Below are positions 18,843 to 28,882 of a stretch of 64,000 bases of DNA, in pieces. The notes under the pieces are model-generated. The model worked only from the letters and a program-made list of their open reading frames with translations, did not search any database and was not told the DNA's origin. Position 1 is the first letter of the stretch, and each line of letters begins with the position of its first letter. Source of the DNA: Candidatus Helarchaeota archaeon. Lineage in GTDB: Archaea; Asgardarchaeota; Lokiarchaeia; Helarchaeales; RDOG01. Made by a program: the position numbers and the translations under genes. The DNA is taken from contig JAHPZH010000002.1 of the NCBI GenBank assembly GCA_019058315.1, positions 160,001 to 224,000 of the forward strand, in the 5' to 3' direction.

Positions 18843-20114
18843 TTATATCCTTTTAGCATATTCTTCTTCAATTTCTTTACCATATAGAATCATTTCATTA
18901 ATTTCGTCTTTTGATAAAGTCTCTGTTTCGAAAATAATATGTTCACAATCCCATAATTCAAAATTATTTTCAATGATTTTTATTCCATAGCTCTTTTGAT
19001 TCTGATGAAGATCTGAACCTGGATATGGAGTTGCTATAAAAAAATTAATTCGATCTATTCCCGGTTCAAGATTTAATGATTTTATAAAATCTTTTGTTTT
19101 TTGAAATGTTTCTTTTGTTTCTCCTGGTAATCCTATTATGAAATAGGCTTGAATACTAAGTTTAGCTTGTTTTGCATTATTAATACCCTTCTTAATCAGC
19201 TCCAAGTCTTGATTCTTATTATTTGTTTGTAACACTTTTTTACTTCCGGATTCAATACCTGTAGCTATCGCTAGGCATCCTGCACTTGTTAGATTTAAAG
19301 CTAGCTCCTTATTTAATAAATCTACTCTCAATTCGCATCCCCAAGGTAGATTTATTTGGTTTTCAATCATTACAGAACAAAGTTTATTTGTAAAAGGTCT
19401 TGAAATGTTAATATTATCATAAAGATTGAAATATTTGTAATTTAAGTCTATAATTTGATGTATTTCTTCAATAATCGATAGAGGATTCCGTATTCTAACA
19501 TTTTGGAATAATTTTTGTCTAACACAAAACGAACATTGATAAGGACAACCTCTATTTACTATAATATCCGCTACTTGATATTTTGGTTTCAATATTTCTC
19601 TTGCAGGAAGGGGAATTTCATCTAAATTTATTTCATTTGACTGATTATTTATAATAAAATCATTTCTTATTTTATATGCAACTCCCGGTGCATCTGAATC
19701 ATAATTATTTTTTAATATTTCTTTAACTAATAAAGGAAGACTCTTTTCACCTTCTCCTATTATCACATAATCTATCTCTTTTTCTGATAATGCTTCTTTT
19801 ACTTGGAAACTAACATGAGGACCTCCAATTACAGTCTTAATCTCAGGATTATTTTTTTTAATCTTCTTCAATATTCGTAAAGCGAGGGGAAAAGTGTTTG
19901 TTAAAGCTGTAATTCCAACAACTTTTGGATCGTTATTAAGAAGTTTTTTTAATTGCACCTCAGTTTCAATGGATAAATCAATGAAATCAACATTATAACC
20001 CAAATTTTTTAAAACTGAGCAAAGAATAAGAATTCCTGAGGGAGGTTCTCTATTAAATTTTCTAGATGATAGCTCTAACTCTGTTCTAGGATTAATTAAA
20101 AGAAATCTTGACAT
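18843..20114 (-). CDS. B12-binding radical SAM protein
   Basis: IGGPH, IGEGE, RGCPYQCSFC, GIESGS, FIIGLPGET, TPYPGS. Confidence 0.92.
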   Translation of the reverse strand: MSRFLLINPRTELELSSRKFNREPPSGILILCSVLKNLGYNVDFIDLSIETEVQLKKLLNNDPKVVGITALTNTFPLALRILKKIKKNNPEIKTVIGGPHVSFQVKEALSEKEIDYVIIGEGEKSLPLLVKEILKNNYDSDAPGVAYKIRNDFIINNQSNEINLDEIPLPAREILKPKYQVADIIVNRGCPYQCSFCVRQKLFQNVRIRNPLSIIEEIHQIIDLNYKYFNLYDNINISRPFTNKLCSVMIENQINLPWGCELRVDLLNKELALNLTSAGCLAIATGIESGSKKVLQTNNKNQDLELIKKGINNAKQAKLSIQAYFIIGLPGETKETFQKTKDFIKSLNLEPGIDRINFFIATPYPGSDLHQNQKSYGIKIIENNFELWDCEHIIFETETLSKDEINEMILYGKEIEEEYAKRI

Positions 20115-20253
20115 TATTATCCAAAATTAAAGTTAATTTCAAAATATATACATGTTATATAGAGACTTATTTCAAATATAATGGACGTACAGCATCGATT
20201 TAATTGAAATTTACCCAAAAAAAAAATAAAAATAAGAGAAAAAGGATGAAGAT

Positions 20254-20556
20254 TTATTCCTTTATCGCCAGAATTAAATCTTCTTTAGTAATAGTCTTTC
20301 TTTTTGCATTCTCGACTATTTTAAGTGCTTTAGTTGTTAAGTCCTTTGCTAAACCTTGCAGATGCTCCATCAAAATCTCAATTGCTGAAGAAGCAACTAG
20401 TTCGGCATCAGCTTTCTCCTTCATTAATCGTCGTAAAGCTGATTTTGTAATAATTCTAGGTTCACCAGTTGCTTTAGGTTTTGCCTTTGCTGGTTCTTTT
20501 TCTGGTTCTTTTTTTGGTTCTTTTTTTGCTGGTTTTTTAGCTTTTGCCAATTTCAT
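20254..20556 (-). CDS. archaeal histone with a Lys/Pro-rich N-terminal tail
   Basis: Histone fold (ITKSALRRLMK...VASSA...AKRKTITKEDLILA). SD GAGGG at about 20558-20562 places the start at 20556 (ATG) or 20550 (TTG), not 20706. Confidence 0.9.
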   Translation of the reverse strand: MKLAKAKKPAKKEPKKEPEKEPAKAKPKATGEPRIITKSALRRLMKEKADAELVASSAIEILMEHLQGLAKDLTTKALKIVENAKRKTITKEDLILAIKE

Positions 20557-20914
20557 TCCCTCAAAAATTATCATATAACTTTTTTTATAATTATAATAAT
20601 AATCAGATATAAAAATAATTACTATATTTTTAAAATATATGTTATGACACATGGATCTTTTTTCTAAATTATTTTTTGTCGAAGTTAGAGTTATAAGATT
20701 AATCAACAGACAAATTTATGAAAAATTTGAAATTTTGCTCTACATATAAAAAATACAAAGCTTTTTTTCCATTAGAAATATATTTCATTAATTTTTTTTA
20801 ATTAATAAAAATTTCAAGAGATTTATTTAAAATTTTATGAAATCTAATTGCTTTTTATTATATTTTTTATAATTTCATTAAACTCCTTATCATCTCTATT
20901 ATTTATTTTCTAAA

Positions 20915-20928
20915 TAAACGCGCGTTTA
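20915..20928. promoter_or_regulatory. perfect 14-bp palindrome TAAACGCGCGTTTA upstream of the histone gene
   Basis: Seen directly inside a roughly 640-bp AT-rich intergenic region; function inferred. Confidence 0.45.
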
Positions 20929-21200
20929 ATCACTTTTATTATTTCATTCAAAAAATAATCAAATAAATCATTATTTTTAAAAAAGTGACATGATTTTTTT
21001 TTTTAAAATTTAAAGAATTTAGATTCTATTTTTGAATTAAAACGGTTACATATGAATCCTTATTGGATTTTACGAATATTTTTTTTATGAAAAGTCCTTA
21101 AAAAGGATATTAGGCTTTCAAATTAACCTTAAGATTATAAAATATAAGATTTAAATAAAAAAAATTGTATAAAAAATGAATAATTCATTTTTTCTGTGTT

Positions 21201-22472
21201 TTAGGTTCCTTCATCCCAACTAGTAATATATTTTTCTTGTTCAGGCGTTAAATAATCAATTTCGATGCCCATTGATTTTAGCTTTAAATATGCAACCTTA
21301 TCATCTAATTCTTTTGGGAGCACATAAACATCAGGTTTAAGATTTTTTCCATGTTCTAACATATATTTTGCGCCTAGAGCCTGATCTGAAAAACTCATAT
21401 CCATTACTTCGCTAGGATGCCCTTCTGCAGCAGCCAGATTTACTAATCTTCCTTCAGCTAATAAATAAATTTTTCTACCATCCTTTGTTATATATTCTTC
21501 AACATTAGGTCGGATAATTTTTTTTCCCTTAGACATTGCTTCTAAAGCTGGGATATTAACTTCAACATTAAAATGCCCTGAATTAGCCAATATCGCACCA
21601 GTTTTCATCTTTTTTAAATGTTCTTTATCGATGACATTTTTGTCTCCAGTAGAAGTAACAAATAAATCTCCGACTTCTGATGCTTTTGACATAGGCATTA
21701 CCGAAAAACCATCCATAGCAGCTTGCAGAGCTTTAACTGGATCAACTTCAGTAACAACTACATGTCCACCTAAACCTCTGGCCCTAATAGCAATACCTTT
21801 TGAACAATATCCATAACCCGCAACTACCACTTTTTTACCCGCTATTAATATAGATGTAGCCCTTAAGATTCCATCCATTGTGCTTTGTCCTGTGCCATAT
21901 ACATTATCGAAATTACGTTTTGTTTGAGAATCATTTGCTGCAAGAATTGGATATTTTAATTTTCCATCTTTTGCCATAGCTCTTAGACGAATAACACCAG
22001 TAGTTGTTTCTTCACAACCCGCTACTATATCTTTCAATAATTCAGTTTTTTTTGAATGAATTGTCGAAATTAAATCTGCACCATCATCCAAAGTTATATT
22101 TGGCTTGATTTCCAAAGTTTTGTCTATACAGGAATAATATTCTTCTTTATTTTGACCCCGCCAAGCAAATACTCTCATTCCAGATTTAGCCAAAGCTGCA
22201 GCTACATGATCCTGAGTTGACAATGGATTTGACCCACATAAAGCAATTTCTGCACCACCTGCTTTTAAAGTATTCATCAAACAAGCTGTTTCTTTAGTAA
22301 CATGTAAACAAGCAGCAATTCTCACTCCTTCCAAAGGTTTAGCTGTTTCGAACTCTTTTTTTATTTCTGATAAAACTGGCATATTTTGACTTGACCACTC
22401 AATGGCTAGGTTACCTTCTGTGCTTAAGGAAATATCTTTTACTTCATATTTCGTTGTCATTTTAAAAACCAC
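21201..22472 (-). CDS. ahcY: adenosylhomocysteinase
   Basis: CLHVTKETA, NPLSTQD, EETTTG, FDNVYGTGQS, GRLVNLAAAEGHP. Confidence 0.98.
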   Translation of the reverse strand: MVFKMTTKYEVKDISLSTEGNLAIEWSSQNMPVLSEIKKEFETAKPLEGVRIAACLHVTKETACLMNTLKAGGAEIALCGSNPLSTQDHVAAALAKSGMRVFAWRGQNKEEYYSCIDKTLEIKPNITLDDGADLISTIHSKKTELLKDIVAGCEETTTGVIRLRAMAKDGKLKYPILAANDSQTKRNFDNVYGTGQSTMDGILRATSILIAGKKVVVAGYGYCSKGIAIRARGLGGHVVVTEVDPVKALQAAMDGFSVMPMSKASEVGDLFVTSTGDKNVIDKEHLKKMKTGAILANSGHFNVEVNIPALEAMSKGKKIIRPNVEEYITKDGRKIYLLAEGRLVNLAAAEGHPSEVMDMSFSDQALGAKYMLEHGKNLKPDVYVLPKELDDKVAYLKLKSMGIEIDYLTPEQEKYITSWDEGT

Positions 22473-22585
22473 TTTTTATTTCTTTTATAATAATTTTATA
22501 AGAATATTTAAATATATTTGTAATAAATTTCTTTTTAAGATTAATATAAATCACACATTTATAACAAAATAAATAGTTTTTTAAT

Positions 22586-23530
22586 ATGAAACCACTTAAT
22601 CAAAAATTAAAAGAACAAGTTCTTAAAGAACTTTTAAAAGATTATAGAATTTCTGTTAATGAATTAGCTAATAAATTAAAAGTTTCTAGAAATAAAGTTT
22701 TAACAATAATAAATTTTTTAAAAAATAATGAATATATTAATGGACATACAATTATAACTGACCCTTTTTTACTCCCACAAAGGACTATTTTCTTTGAAAT
22801 TAAAACAAATCCCAATGAACCATGGTTAATAAATGAATTGAAAAAAATTGAATGTGAAAGTCTGGATGGTATTATTGGTGAATATTCACTAATTTTAAAG
22901 ATTAAAATTAGAAATAATATTGAATTTAATGAGATATTAAGAAAAATAGATAAATTGATGGCAAAGGGATATTTTAAGAAATATCAATTAATTGATGTTT
23001 TAGAGACTTACAAAGAAAACGGAGTAAGTTTTCGAAATCAAGTAAATATTGCTGGCTTAGATGATATAGGATATGAAATTATTAGAATTTTAAAAAATCA
23101 ATCTGTAAATCCATATACAACATCTGAAATCAGTAATATATTAAAATCTAAAAATTTTTCAATTTCACAGCCTGGCACTTGGAAGAGAATCGATAAAATG
23201 GTAAAAGATGGTATTATTACAAATTTTATTCCTACTTTAAATCGAGATAAATTTCAATTTACAAAATTTTATCTAAGAATCAAGGTTGATCCTGCGCAAT
23301 ATGACGAAATTGCTAAAAATTTTCTTTCTCAACAAAAAAATATAGTTAATTTATATAGGACAGGAGAAAATTATGGTCTTCTAGCGGTTGTATTAACAAA
23401 AGGTATTTCTAATTTTAATGAATTTATTATTAGTCTCTATAATTCTGGAATAAATATAATTGATACTAACACAACACTTGTTATTGATGAGCAATTAAAA
23501 AAAATTTTAATTCCTGCTATTTTAATTTAA
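22586..23530 (+). CDS. double Lrp/AsnC-family regulator
   Basis: Two HTH + RAM repeats (GIIGEYSL; RTGENYGL); divergent from ahcY. Confidence 0.8.
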   Translation: MKPLNQKLKEQVLKELLKDYRISVNELANKLKVSRNKVLTIINFLKNNEYINGHTIITDPFLLPQRTIFFEIKTNPNEPWLINELKKIECESLDGIIGEYSLILKIKIRNNIEFNEILRKIDKLMAKGYFKKYQLIDVLETYKENGVSFRNQVNIAGLDDIGYEIIRILKNQSVNPYTTSEISNILKSKNFSISQPGTWKRIDKMVKDGIITNFIPTLNRDKFQFTKFYLRIKVDPAQYDEIAKNFLSQQKNIVNLYRTGENYGLLAVVLTKGISNFNEFIISLYNSGINIIDTNTTLVIDEQLKKILIPAILI

Positions 23531-23537
23531 AAAATGG

Positions 23538-24731
23538 CTATTTTTTTACTACACAACTTGAAATGATACTTTGTCCTTCTCTTGGTCCAGTAATAATCAA
23601 AATATCATTAGGTAAAATAATTGTTTGTTTTTTAATTTTATAAACCCAATCCCCTTTTCTTTTAACAGCAATCACTTTCATTCCAGATTCCTTGAATTTA
23701 GTATCTAACAAGCTATTATTAGCTAATTCGGATCCTTCTTCTACCTCAACTCTCAAAATTATGTCATCTGACTCAGAAATTATAATATCAACTACAGGAT
23801 GTGGTTTTAACCCTCTTAAAATAATTTCAGCAATCTCAGCAGCTGAATCAGAAATCTCTTCTATTGATTTACTAAATTGTAAAAAACCTAGTAATTTTTC
23901 AGGATCTGGAGCAGTTTTCGCAGTTGACAAAATATGTTGCTCAAATTCGATATGTTTTTTATCTATTTCGTCTTCCATTTCGAGAACATCTTCAGCAATA
24001 TCTTTTGAATTAAAAAGTATCGCAGAAAAACCCAGATCGACCATTAATCCTGATTTATTAATTAATTCTAACATATGATTTTCAATTTTCTCTAAATCTT
24101 CTTTAAAAAACACATCTAAATTATTTTCCTGAATTATTTCTCCTCTAGTACACTTTCCTCCCAATAAATCACAAAGTCTGGTGTTTCCATCTTCAGTTCC
24201 TCTGGCAATAGCGATATCATTTAATTTTAATTTTGTATTTTTACTAGGGTCGAAAATCCATGAATCTCCTCTTCTAATTGCTATTATATCACAACCTGTT
24301 TCTGTTCGAATTTTTAATTGACCTATTTTTTTATTCTTAACTTTTGGATTAGTGACAATAGCACGAATCAAAGGTTCTTCGGATTCCCTTATAGCTTTAA
24401 AAAGATAAGGGTGACTATCATATTTAATAATTTGGCTCATATCAGCAGCTGCATTTGACATACGATCAGTAGCGTTAGCAATTTTTAATATTGGTTCTAG
24501 AGCCTCAGCGTCATCAGCATCCCGAGCTGCAAGCATCGTATTCATTCCAACAAGGTAGGTCAAAGAATCAACATCTTCTTCTAATTTCATTACTTCTTCA
24601 GAAATTTCTTTATTTCTGAATAATACTGCAGAATAAGCTAAGTCTATCATTAATTCTGTTTCGTCTTTCATTTTGGTTAGAAGTTCTCTAAGACTAACAG
24701 GTTTATACTGAATGCGTTTTTTTGTTGGCAA
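23538..24731 (-). CDS. duplicated PhoU + TrkA-C (RCK-C) domain protein
   Basis: ELMIDLAYSAVLF and ETGCDIIAIRRG..W motifs, each occurring twice. Confidence 0.88.
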   Translation of the reverse strand: MPTKKRIQYKPVSLRELLTKMKDETELMIDLAYSAVLFRNKEISEEVMKLEEDVDSLTYLVGMNTMLAARDADDAEALEPILKIANATDRMSNAAADMSQIIKYDSHPYLFKAIRESEEPLIRAIVTNPKVKNKKIGQLKIRTETGCDIIAIRRGDSWIFDPSKNTKLKLNDIAIARGTEDGNTRLCDLLGGKCTRGEIIQENNLDVFFKEDLEKIENHMLELINKSGLMVDLGFSAILFNSKDIAEDVLEMEDEIDKKHIEFEQHILSTAKTAPDPEKLLGFLQFSKSIEEISDSAAEIAEIILRGLKPHPVVDIIISESDDIILRVEVEEGSELANNSLLDTKFKESGMKVIAVKRKGDWVYKIKKQTIILPNDILIITGPREGQSIISSCVVKK

Positions 24732-24888
24732 TAATAAATTAAAACTCCCAGAAGTTTTACGTTAAAATTAATACAACAAATTATAGAAATTCAGTGCATT
24801 TTAAAATTTCGCTTCTCGTGCGCGATTAAATTAAAAATAAAAAATTCAAAGAGTAACTTATAATAAAGTAAATAAATGTTGAGAAATT

Positions 24889-25797
24889 ATGATTTCAGAC
24901 TCTACACAAAAATTTAAAAAGGAAACGGCATATAAACTCTCAATTTCAGATATAGTTAGAGGCAAATTTATTAAAATCGATAATAGATCCTATGTAACTA
25001 CGCCATTTGGTCTTAATATAAATCGTGTCAGAATACTAGGAATTATAATGGATATAAAAATTTTCAAACAAGATCAAAATGAAGAAAACATCGATGTTAC
25101 AAAAAAAGATTATGCCTATCTAGTCATTGATGATGGTACTGAAACTATAAGAATAAAAGCTTGGGGAGTTGATATTAATCAACTCAAAATACCTGATTTG
25201 AATATAGGGGATAATATTGATGTTATTGGAAAGGTTCGTGAGTATAACGAAGAAATTTTTATTATGCCAGAAATTATTCATATGATTAAAGATCCTAACT
25301 GGGAACTTTTAAGAGAATTGGAGAAATTAAAGCTAATAAAATTATTTAAAAATAAAAAAATCGTCAATTTGATAGACCTTCCAAAAATTCAAGGGGAAAA
25401 TTCTGCTATTAGTTCATCAACTGATGAGAAAATATCTAAAAATGTTGATTTTGAAGGATTAGATAAAATTAAAATTAAGAATTTAACTCCAAATAGTAAA
25501 AAAATCAATTTAATTGGAAAAATTATTGAAATGGAGGATATCCGTCAAACTTCAAATAATAATAAAGTTATGGAAGCTCTAATAAGTGATGAAACTGGAT
25601 GTGTGTTCCTTACAGTTTGGAATGAGAATATCGAAAAAGTAAAGATAGGAGAAAGTTATTTAATCATCAATGGGTATGTATCTACATTTCAAAATAAATT
25701 ATACTTGAATATAGGAAAATTTGGAGAATTTAGGATTAGTAACAATAAATTGCAGGATATAAATGCTGATAATAATATATCTTTAAATTTATCTTAG
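24889..25797 (+). CDS. RPA/SSB protein with two OB folds
   Basis: RPA2-like DDGTETIRIKAW...GKVREY...DPNWEL; SSB-like DETGCVFLTVWNE...NGYV. Confidence 0.85.
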   Translation: MISDSTQKFKKETAYKLSISDIVRGKFIKIDNRSYVTTPFGLNINRVRILGIIMDIKIFKQDQNEENIDVTKKDYAYLVIDDGTETIRIKAWGVDINQLKIPDLNIGDNIDVIGKVREYNEEIFIMPEIIHMIKDPNWELLRELEKLKLIKLFKNKKIVNLIDLPKIQGENSAISSSTDEKISKNVDFEGLDKIKIKNLTPNSKKINLIGKIIEMEDIRQTSNNNKVMEALISDETGCVFLTVWNENIEKVKIGESYLIINGYVSTFQNKLYLNIGKFGEFRISNNKLQDINADNNISLNLS

Positions 25798-25949
25798 AAT
25801 TAATAAATAGAAAGTATCTTTGCGCATTTTAGATGTTTTTTACTTATAAAATACCAAAGAAACTTTTAAGAAAAATATATCAATGAACTATTAGTAAAAA
25901 ATAGTAAAAAAAAATTAAATTATATTAAACGGTGGTAATAACGGATTTA

Positions 25950-26360
25950 ATGGACTATGAAAAGCTTTTGAAAAGAGCTGTGAAATCTATCCCAAAAAAT
26001 GTATTTGAACACTCTCGATTTACTATTCCCAGTGTAACTATATATCAAGAGGGGAAAAGTACAATAGTTACTAATTTTAAGGAAATCAGTGATAAATTAA
26101 GAAGAAAACCTCAATATATCATAAAATATCTACTAGGCGAATTGGCTACACGTGGTCATTTTAAAGTAAAACAAGGTTCTGCTGCATTTATTGGTAGGTT
26201 TCAAAAGGATACTTTAAATAATTTATTAATAAAATTTACAGAAAAATTTATTCGATGTGCGAATTGTAGACGTCCCGATACTCATATTTTAAAAGAGGGA
26301 CGGTTTACATATTTAATTTGTGAGGCTTGTGGATCTAAACGTTCTATACCTGCACCATAG
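25950..26360 (+). CDS. eif2b: translation initiation factor aIF-2 beta
   Basis: YEKLLKRA...RF.IP, NFKEI...LRR, ELAT.G, CxxCRRPDT, CEACG. Confidence 0.95.
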   Translation: MDYEKLLKRAVKSIPKNVFEHSRFTIPSVTIYQEGKSTIVTNFKEISDKLRRKPQYIIKYLLGELATRGHFKVKQGSAAFIGRFQKDTLNNLLIKFTEKFIRCANCRRPDTHILKEGRFTYLICEACGSKRSIPAP

Positions 26361-26369
26361 GAGAGTCTA

Positions 26370-26666
26370 ATGCAAGTATATATGAAAATAAAAAAAATCC
26401 AGAACGATTTACTCGTTGCAATTAGCGATGCAAACCTATTAGGTAAATGTTTTAAGGATGGCAATCGAAAAATCGAAATAAAACCAAATTTTTATGGAAA
26501 TGAATTAGTAAGTATAGAAAAAGGTATAAAGGAGCTTGAAAGAGCTACAATTGGGAATTTGGTAGGAAAATATATAATAACACACGCTATAAAAGCTGGA
26601 TTCGTTCATAAAGATAGTGTTCTTTGGATTGCGGGTGTTCCCCATGCCCAGATTGTCTCATTTTAA
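26370..26666 (+). CDS. DUF424 family protein
   Basis: LVAISDANLLGK.F, FYG, ATIGNLVG, GVPHAQ. Confidence 0.9.
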   Translation: MQVYMKIKKIQNDLLVAISDANLLGKCFKDGNRKIEIKPNFYGNELVSIEKGIKELERATIGNLVGKYIITHAIKAGFVHKDSVLWIAGVPHAQIVSF

Positions 26667-26782
26667 TAAATTAATTTAGGATGCATTTTTTACATTTCTA
26701 AAACATCTTAAACCCAAATAATTCTCAAGTACAGTGCAAAAGTGACTTTATTTTAGAAATATATAAATAAGGTTAGTTCTAC

Positions 26783-26826
26783 ATAGTACCATACCATATA
26801 GTACTATACTATATAATACTATACGA
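26783..26826. promoter_or_regulatory. triple imperfect repeat, candidate MarR operator array
   Basis: ATAGTACCATAC / ATAGTACTATAC / ATAATACTATAC, including the palindrome ATAGTACTAT, directly upstream of the PNPOx-MarR pair. Confidence 0.55.
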
Positions 26827-26848
26827 TATAATATAAATTAGTTAAAAG

Positions 26849-27343
26849 GTGAGTATATTTACAATAGAAGATCATAAAGAAAAAAAAATTAAAAATACAT
26901 GCTTGAAAATAATGGAAAATGCAAATGCATGTTATCTCACAACAATAGATGAAGAAGGATTCCCAACAACTAGAGCAATGTTAAATTTAAGAAATAAAAA
27001 ACAATTCCCCAAGCTCATTAATTTATTTAATAACCATAAAGAAGATTTTTTGATCTATTTTTCAACTAATACATCTTCTAGAAAAGTAGCTCAGATCAAA
27101 GCTAATCCAAAAGCATGTGTTTATTTTTGTGATACTAAAGCTCATAAAGGGTTTAGATTGTTAGGAATAATGCAGATCGTGACTGATATGGAAGAGAAAA
27201 AAGCTCTATGGCATGATTGGTGGAAAATTTACCAATTTGATTATAATGATCCGGATTACTCAGTATTGCGGCTTTTTCCAGCATTCTTAGAATATTATTA
27301 TCAATTAGAAAATTATAGATTTGACTTAAAAGATAAAAAATAA
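26849..27343 (+). CDS. pyridoxamine 5'-phosphate oxidase-like (general stress protein 26) protein
   Basis: LTTIDEEGFP.TRAM, FSTNTSSRKV.QI..NPKACVYF, DPDY.VL. Confidence 0.88.
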   Translation: MSIFTIEDHKEKKIKNTCLKIMENANACYLTTIDEEGFPTTRAMLNLRNKKQFPKLINLFNNHKEDFLIYFSTNTSSRKVAQIKANPKACVYFCDTKAHKGFRLLGIMQIVTDMEEKKALWHDWWKIYQFDYNDPDYSVLRLFPAFLEYYYQLENYRFDLKDKK

Positions 27344-27369
27344 TCTCAATTTCAACTTAGAAGAGAAAA

Positions 27370-27819
27370 ATGAAGGATTTACCAGCAGGTGGTTTCCTAA
27401 TTGGAATGATACACCGTTTAGGGGGTCGAATTTTCGCTAAAAAATTAAAAAAATTTAATATTGATATAAATCCCGCCCAAGGAAGAATTTTATTTGTTTT
27501 ATGGAGTAGAGATAAAATATCAATTAACGAATTAGCGAAAAAAACCTCAATGGGTAAATCTACTCTAACAAGCATGCTAGATCGGCTTGAAAAGGCTGGA
27601 CATTTGCTCCGTAGACCTACTGATAAAGATAGACGCAAATATTTGATAGAACTCACTGAAAAGCATAAAAATCTTCAAAATTTATACAAACAAGTCTCAG
27701 ATGAAATGACAGAAATATTCTATAAAGACTTTCAAAAAACTGAAATTAACGAGTTCGAAGATTATTTAAAGCGAATTCTGATCAATCTTAAAGATTATGA
27801 GGAAGCAGATAAAGAATAA
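27370..27819 (+). CDS. MarR family regulator
   Basis: INPAQGRILFVLW, KSTLTSMLDRLE, DRR. Confidence 0.93.
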   Translation: MKDLPAGGFLIGMIHRLGGRIFAKKLKKFNIDINPAQGRILFVLWSRDKISINELAKKTSMGKSTLTSMLDRLEKAGHLLRRPTDKDRRKYLIELTEKHKNLQNLYKQVSDEMTEIFYKDFQKTEINEFEDYLKRILINLKDYEEADKE

Positions 27820-27931
27820 TTCGTTGAAATAAATTTACTCATTTATAAAATCGATTTTAAAAATATTTCAGTTTAATTTAAATTACCTTATTTAAGGAAA
27901 TTCCATCAGAAATTCTTTTAATTTATAATCT

Positions 27932-28792
27932 TTAATTTTTTATTCCCAAGAGTTTAACAGAATTTTTACCTAAAATCTTCTTTTTGAAACTTTTAGAAAT
28001 AGGTAAAGATTCAATAGCAGGTAGAATTTTATTCCAATGGCAAATTGGATGATCAGATGCGAATAATACTTTTTCTTCAGCATCGTATTTTGAAAAAGCA
28101 TCCCAAGGGAACCAAGGATAAAGATCTGGATGTGCTGATATATCAATATAAACATTAGGATGTCTAACTGTCACAGACCAAGCATCCCAGAACCATGGAG
28201 TGCCCATATGTCCCATTATTATTGTCATATCCTCATGACGCAGAGCTAACTCATCGATGAGCATAGGATGCCCATATTTTGCTATGGAACCTCCAGTTGA
28301 AACTTGATGCCCCGTATGAATCCAAAGCGGGATATTAAAATCTTTAATTCGCCGCCATAGCGGATCATATTGCATATCTGATATATCAAACTTCTGAACT
28401 GGTGGCACAAGTTTTACACCTTTAAGTTCTAGAGATGATATTGCATATTCCAGTTGTTCATTTGCATCAGGTGCTGGAACATCGATACATGCAAACCCAA
28501 TTAATTTTTTCGGAAATCTGGCTACAAGATCAGCTACATCATCATTAGTTACTAAGCAAACCCCATAAGCTGTAGTTATATTGAATGAAACGATGACTGC
28601 TTTGTCAATTCCGAATTTCTCCATTAAAGATATATAATCATCGATCGAAGTATTATTTGCTATGGTTTTTAAAAGTGGACTCATTAATCGGTGTTTCTTG
28701 GGGTCACTTCCCCACATCACATCCGCAATTTTATTCAAATCGCTCCAACTTACTTCTTTACAAAAAGGATGCATATGCATATCTATTATCAA
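27932..28792 (-). CDS. amidohydrolase family protein (Amidohydro_2)
   Basis: IDMHMH, GVKL.P, IHTG, GHMG.PW, LFASDHP. Confidence 0.9.
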   Translation of the reverse strand: MIIDMHMHPFCKEVSWSDLNKIADVMWGSDPKKHRLMSPLLKTIANNTSIDDYISLMEKFGIDKAVIVSFNITTAYGVCLVTNDDVADLVARFPKKLIGFACIDVPAPDANEQLEYAISSLELKGVKLVPPVQKFDISDMQYDPLWRRIKDFNIPLWIHTGHQVSTGGSIAKYGHPMLIDELALRHEDMTIIMGHMGTPWFWDAWSVTVRHPNVYIDISAHPDLYPWFPWDAFSKYDAEEKVLFASDHPICHWNKILPAIESLPISKSFKKKILGKNSVKLLGIKN

Positions 28793-28882
28793 TTTTTAAT
28801 CACTTTTTCATTTTTAGAAAACTATACAATAATCAATTGCTAAAAATTAATATAAAAAAATATGAAAAGATAAATCTAATAA

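Noticed and set aside
20557-20706. Extra 50 N-terminal residues on the histone ORF in the track
   Set aside because: AT-rich non-coding-like sequence; the SD GAGGG lies immediately before 20556/20550.
20580-21200. Replication origin in the long AT-rich spacer
   Set aside because: No ORB repeats and no adjacent orc1/cdc6 gene.
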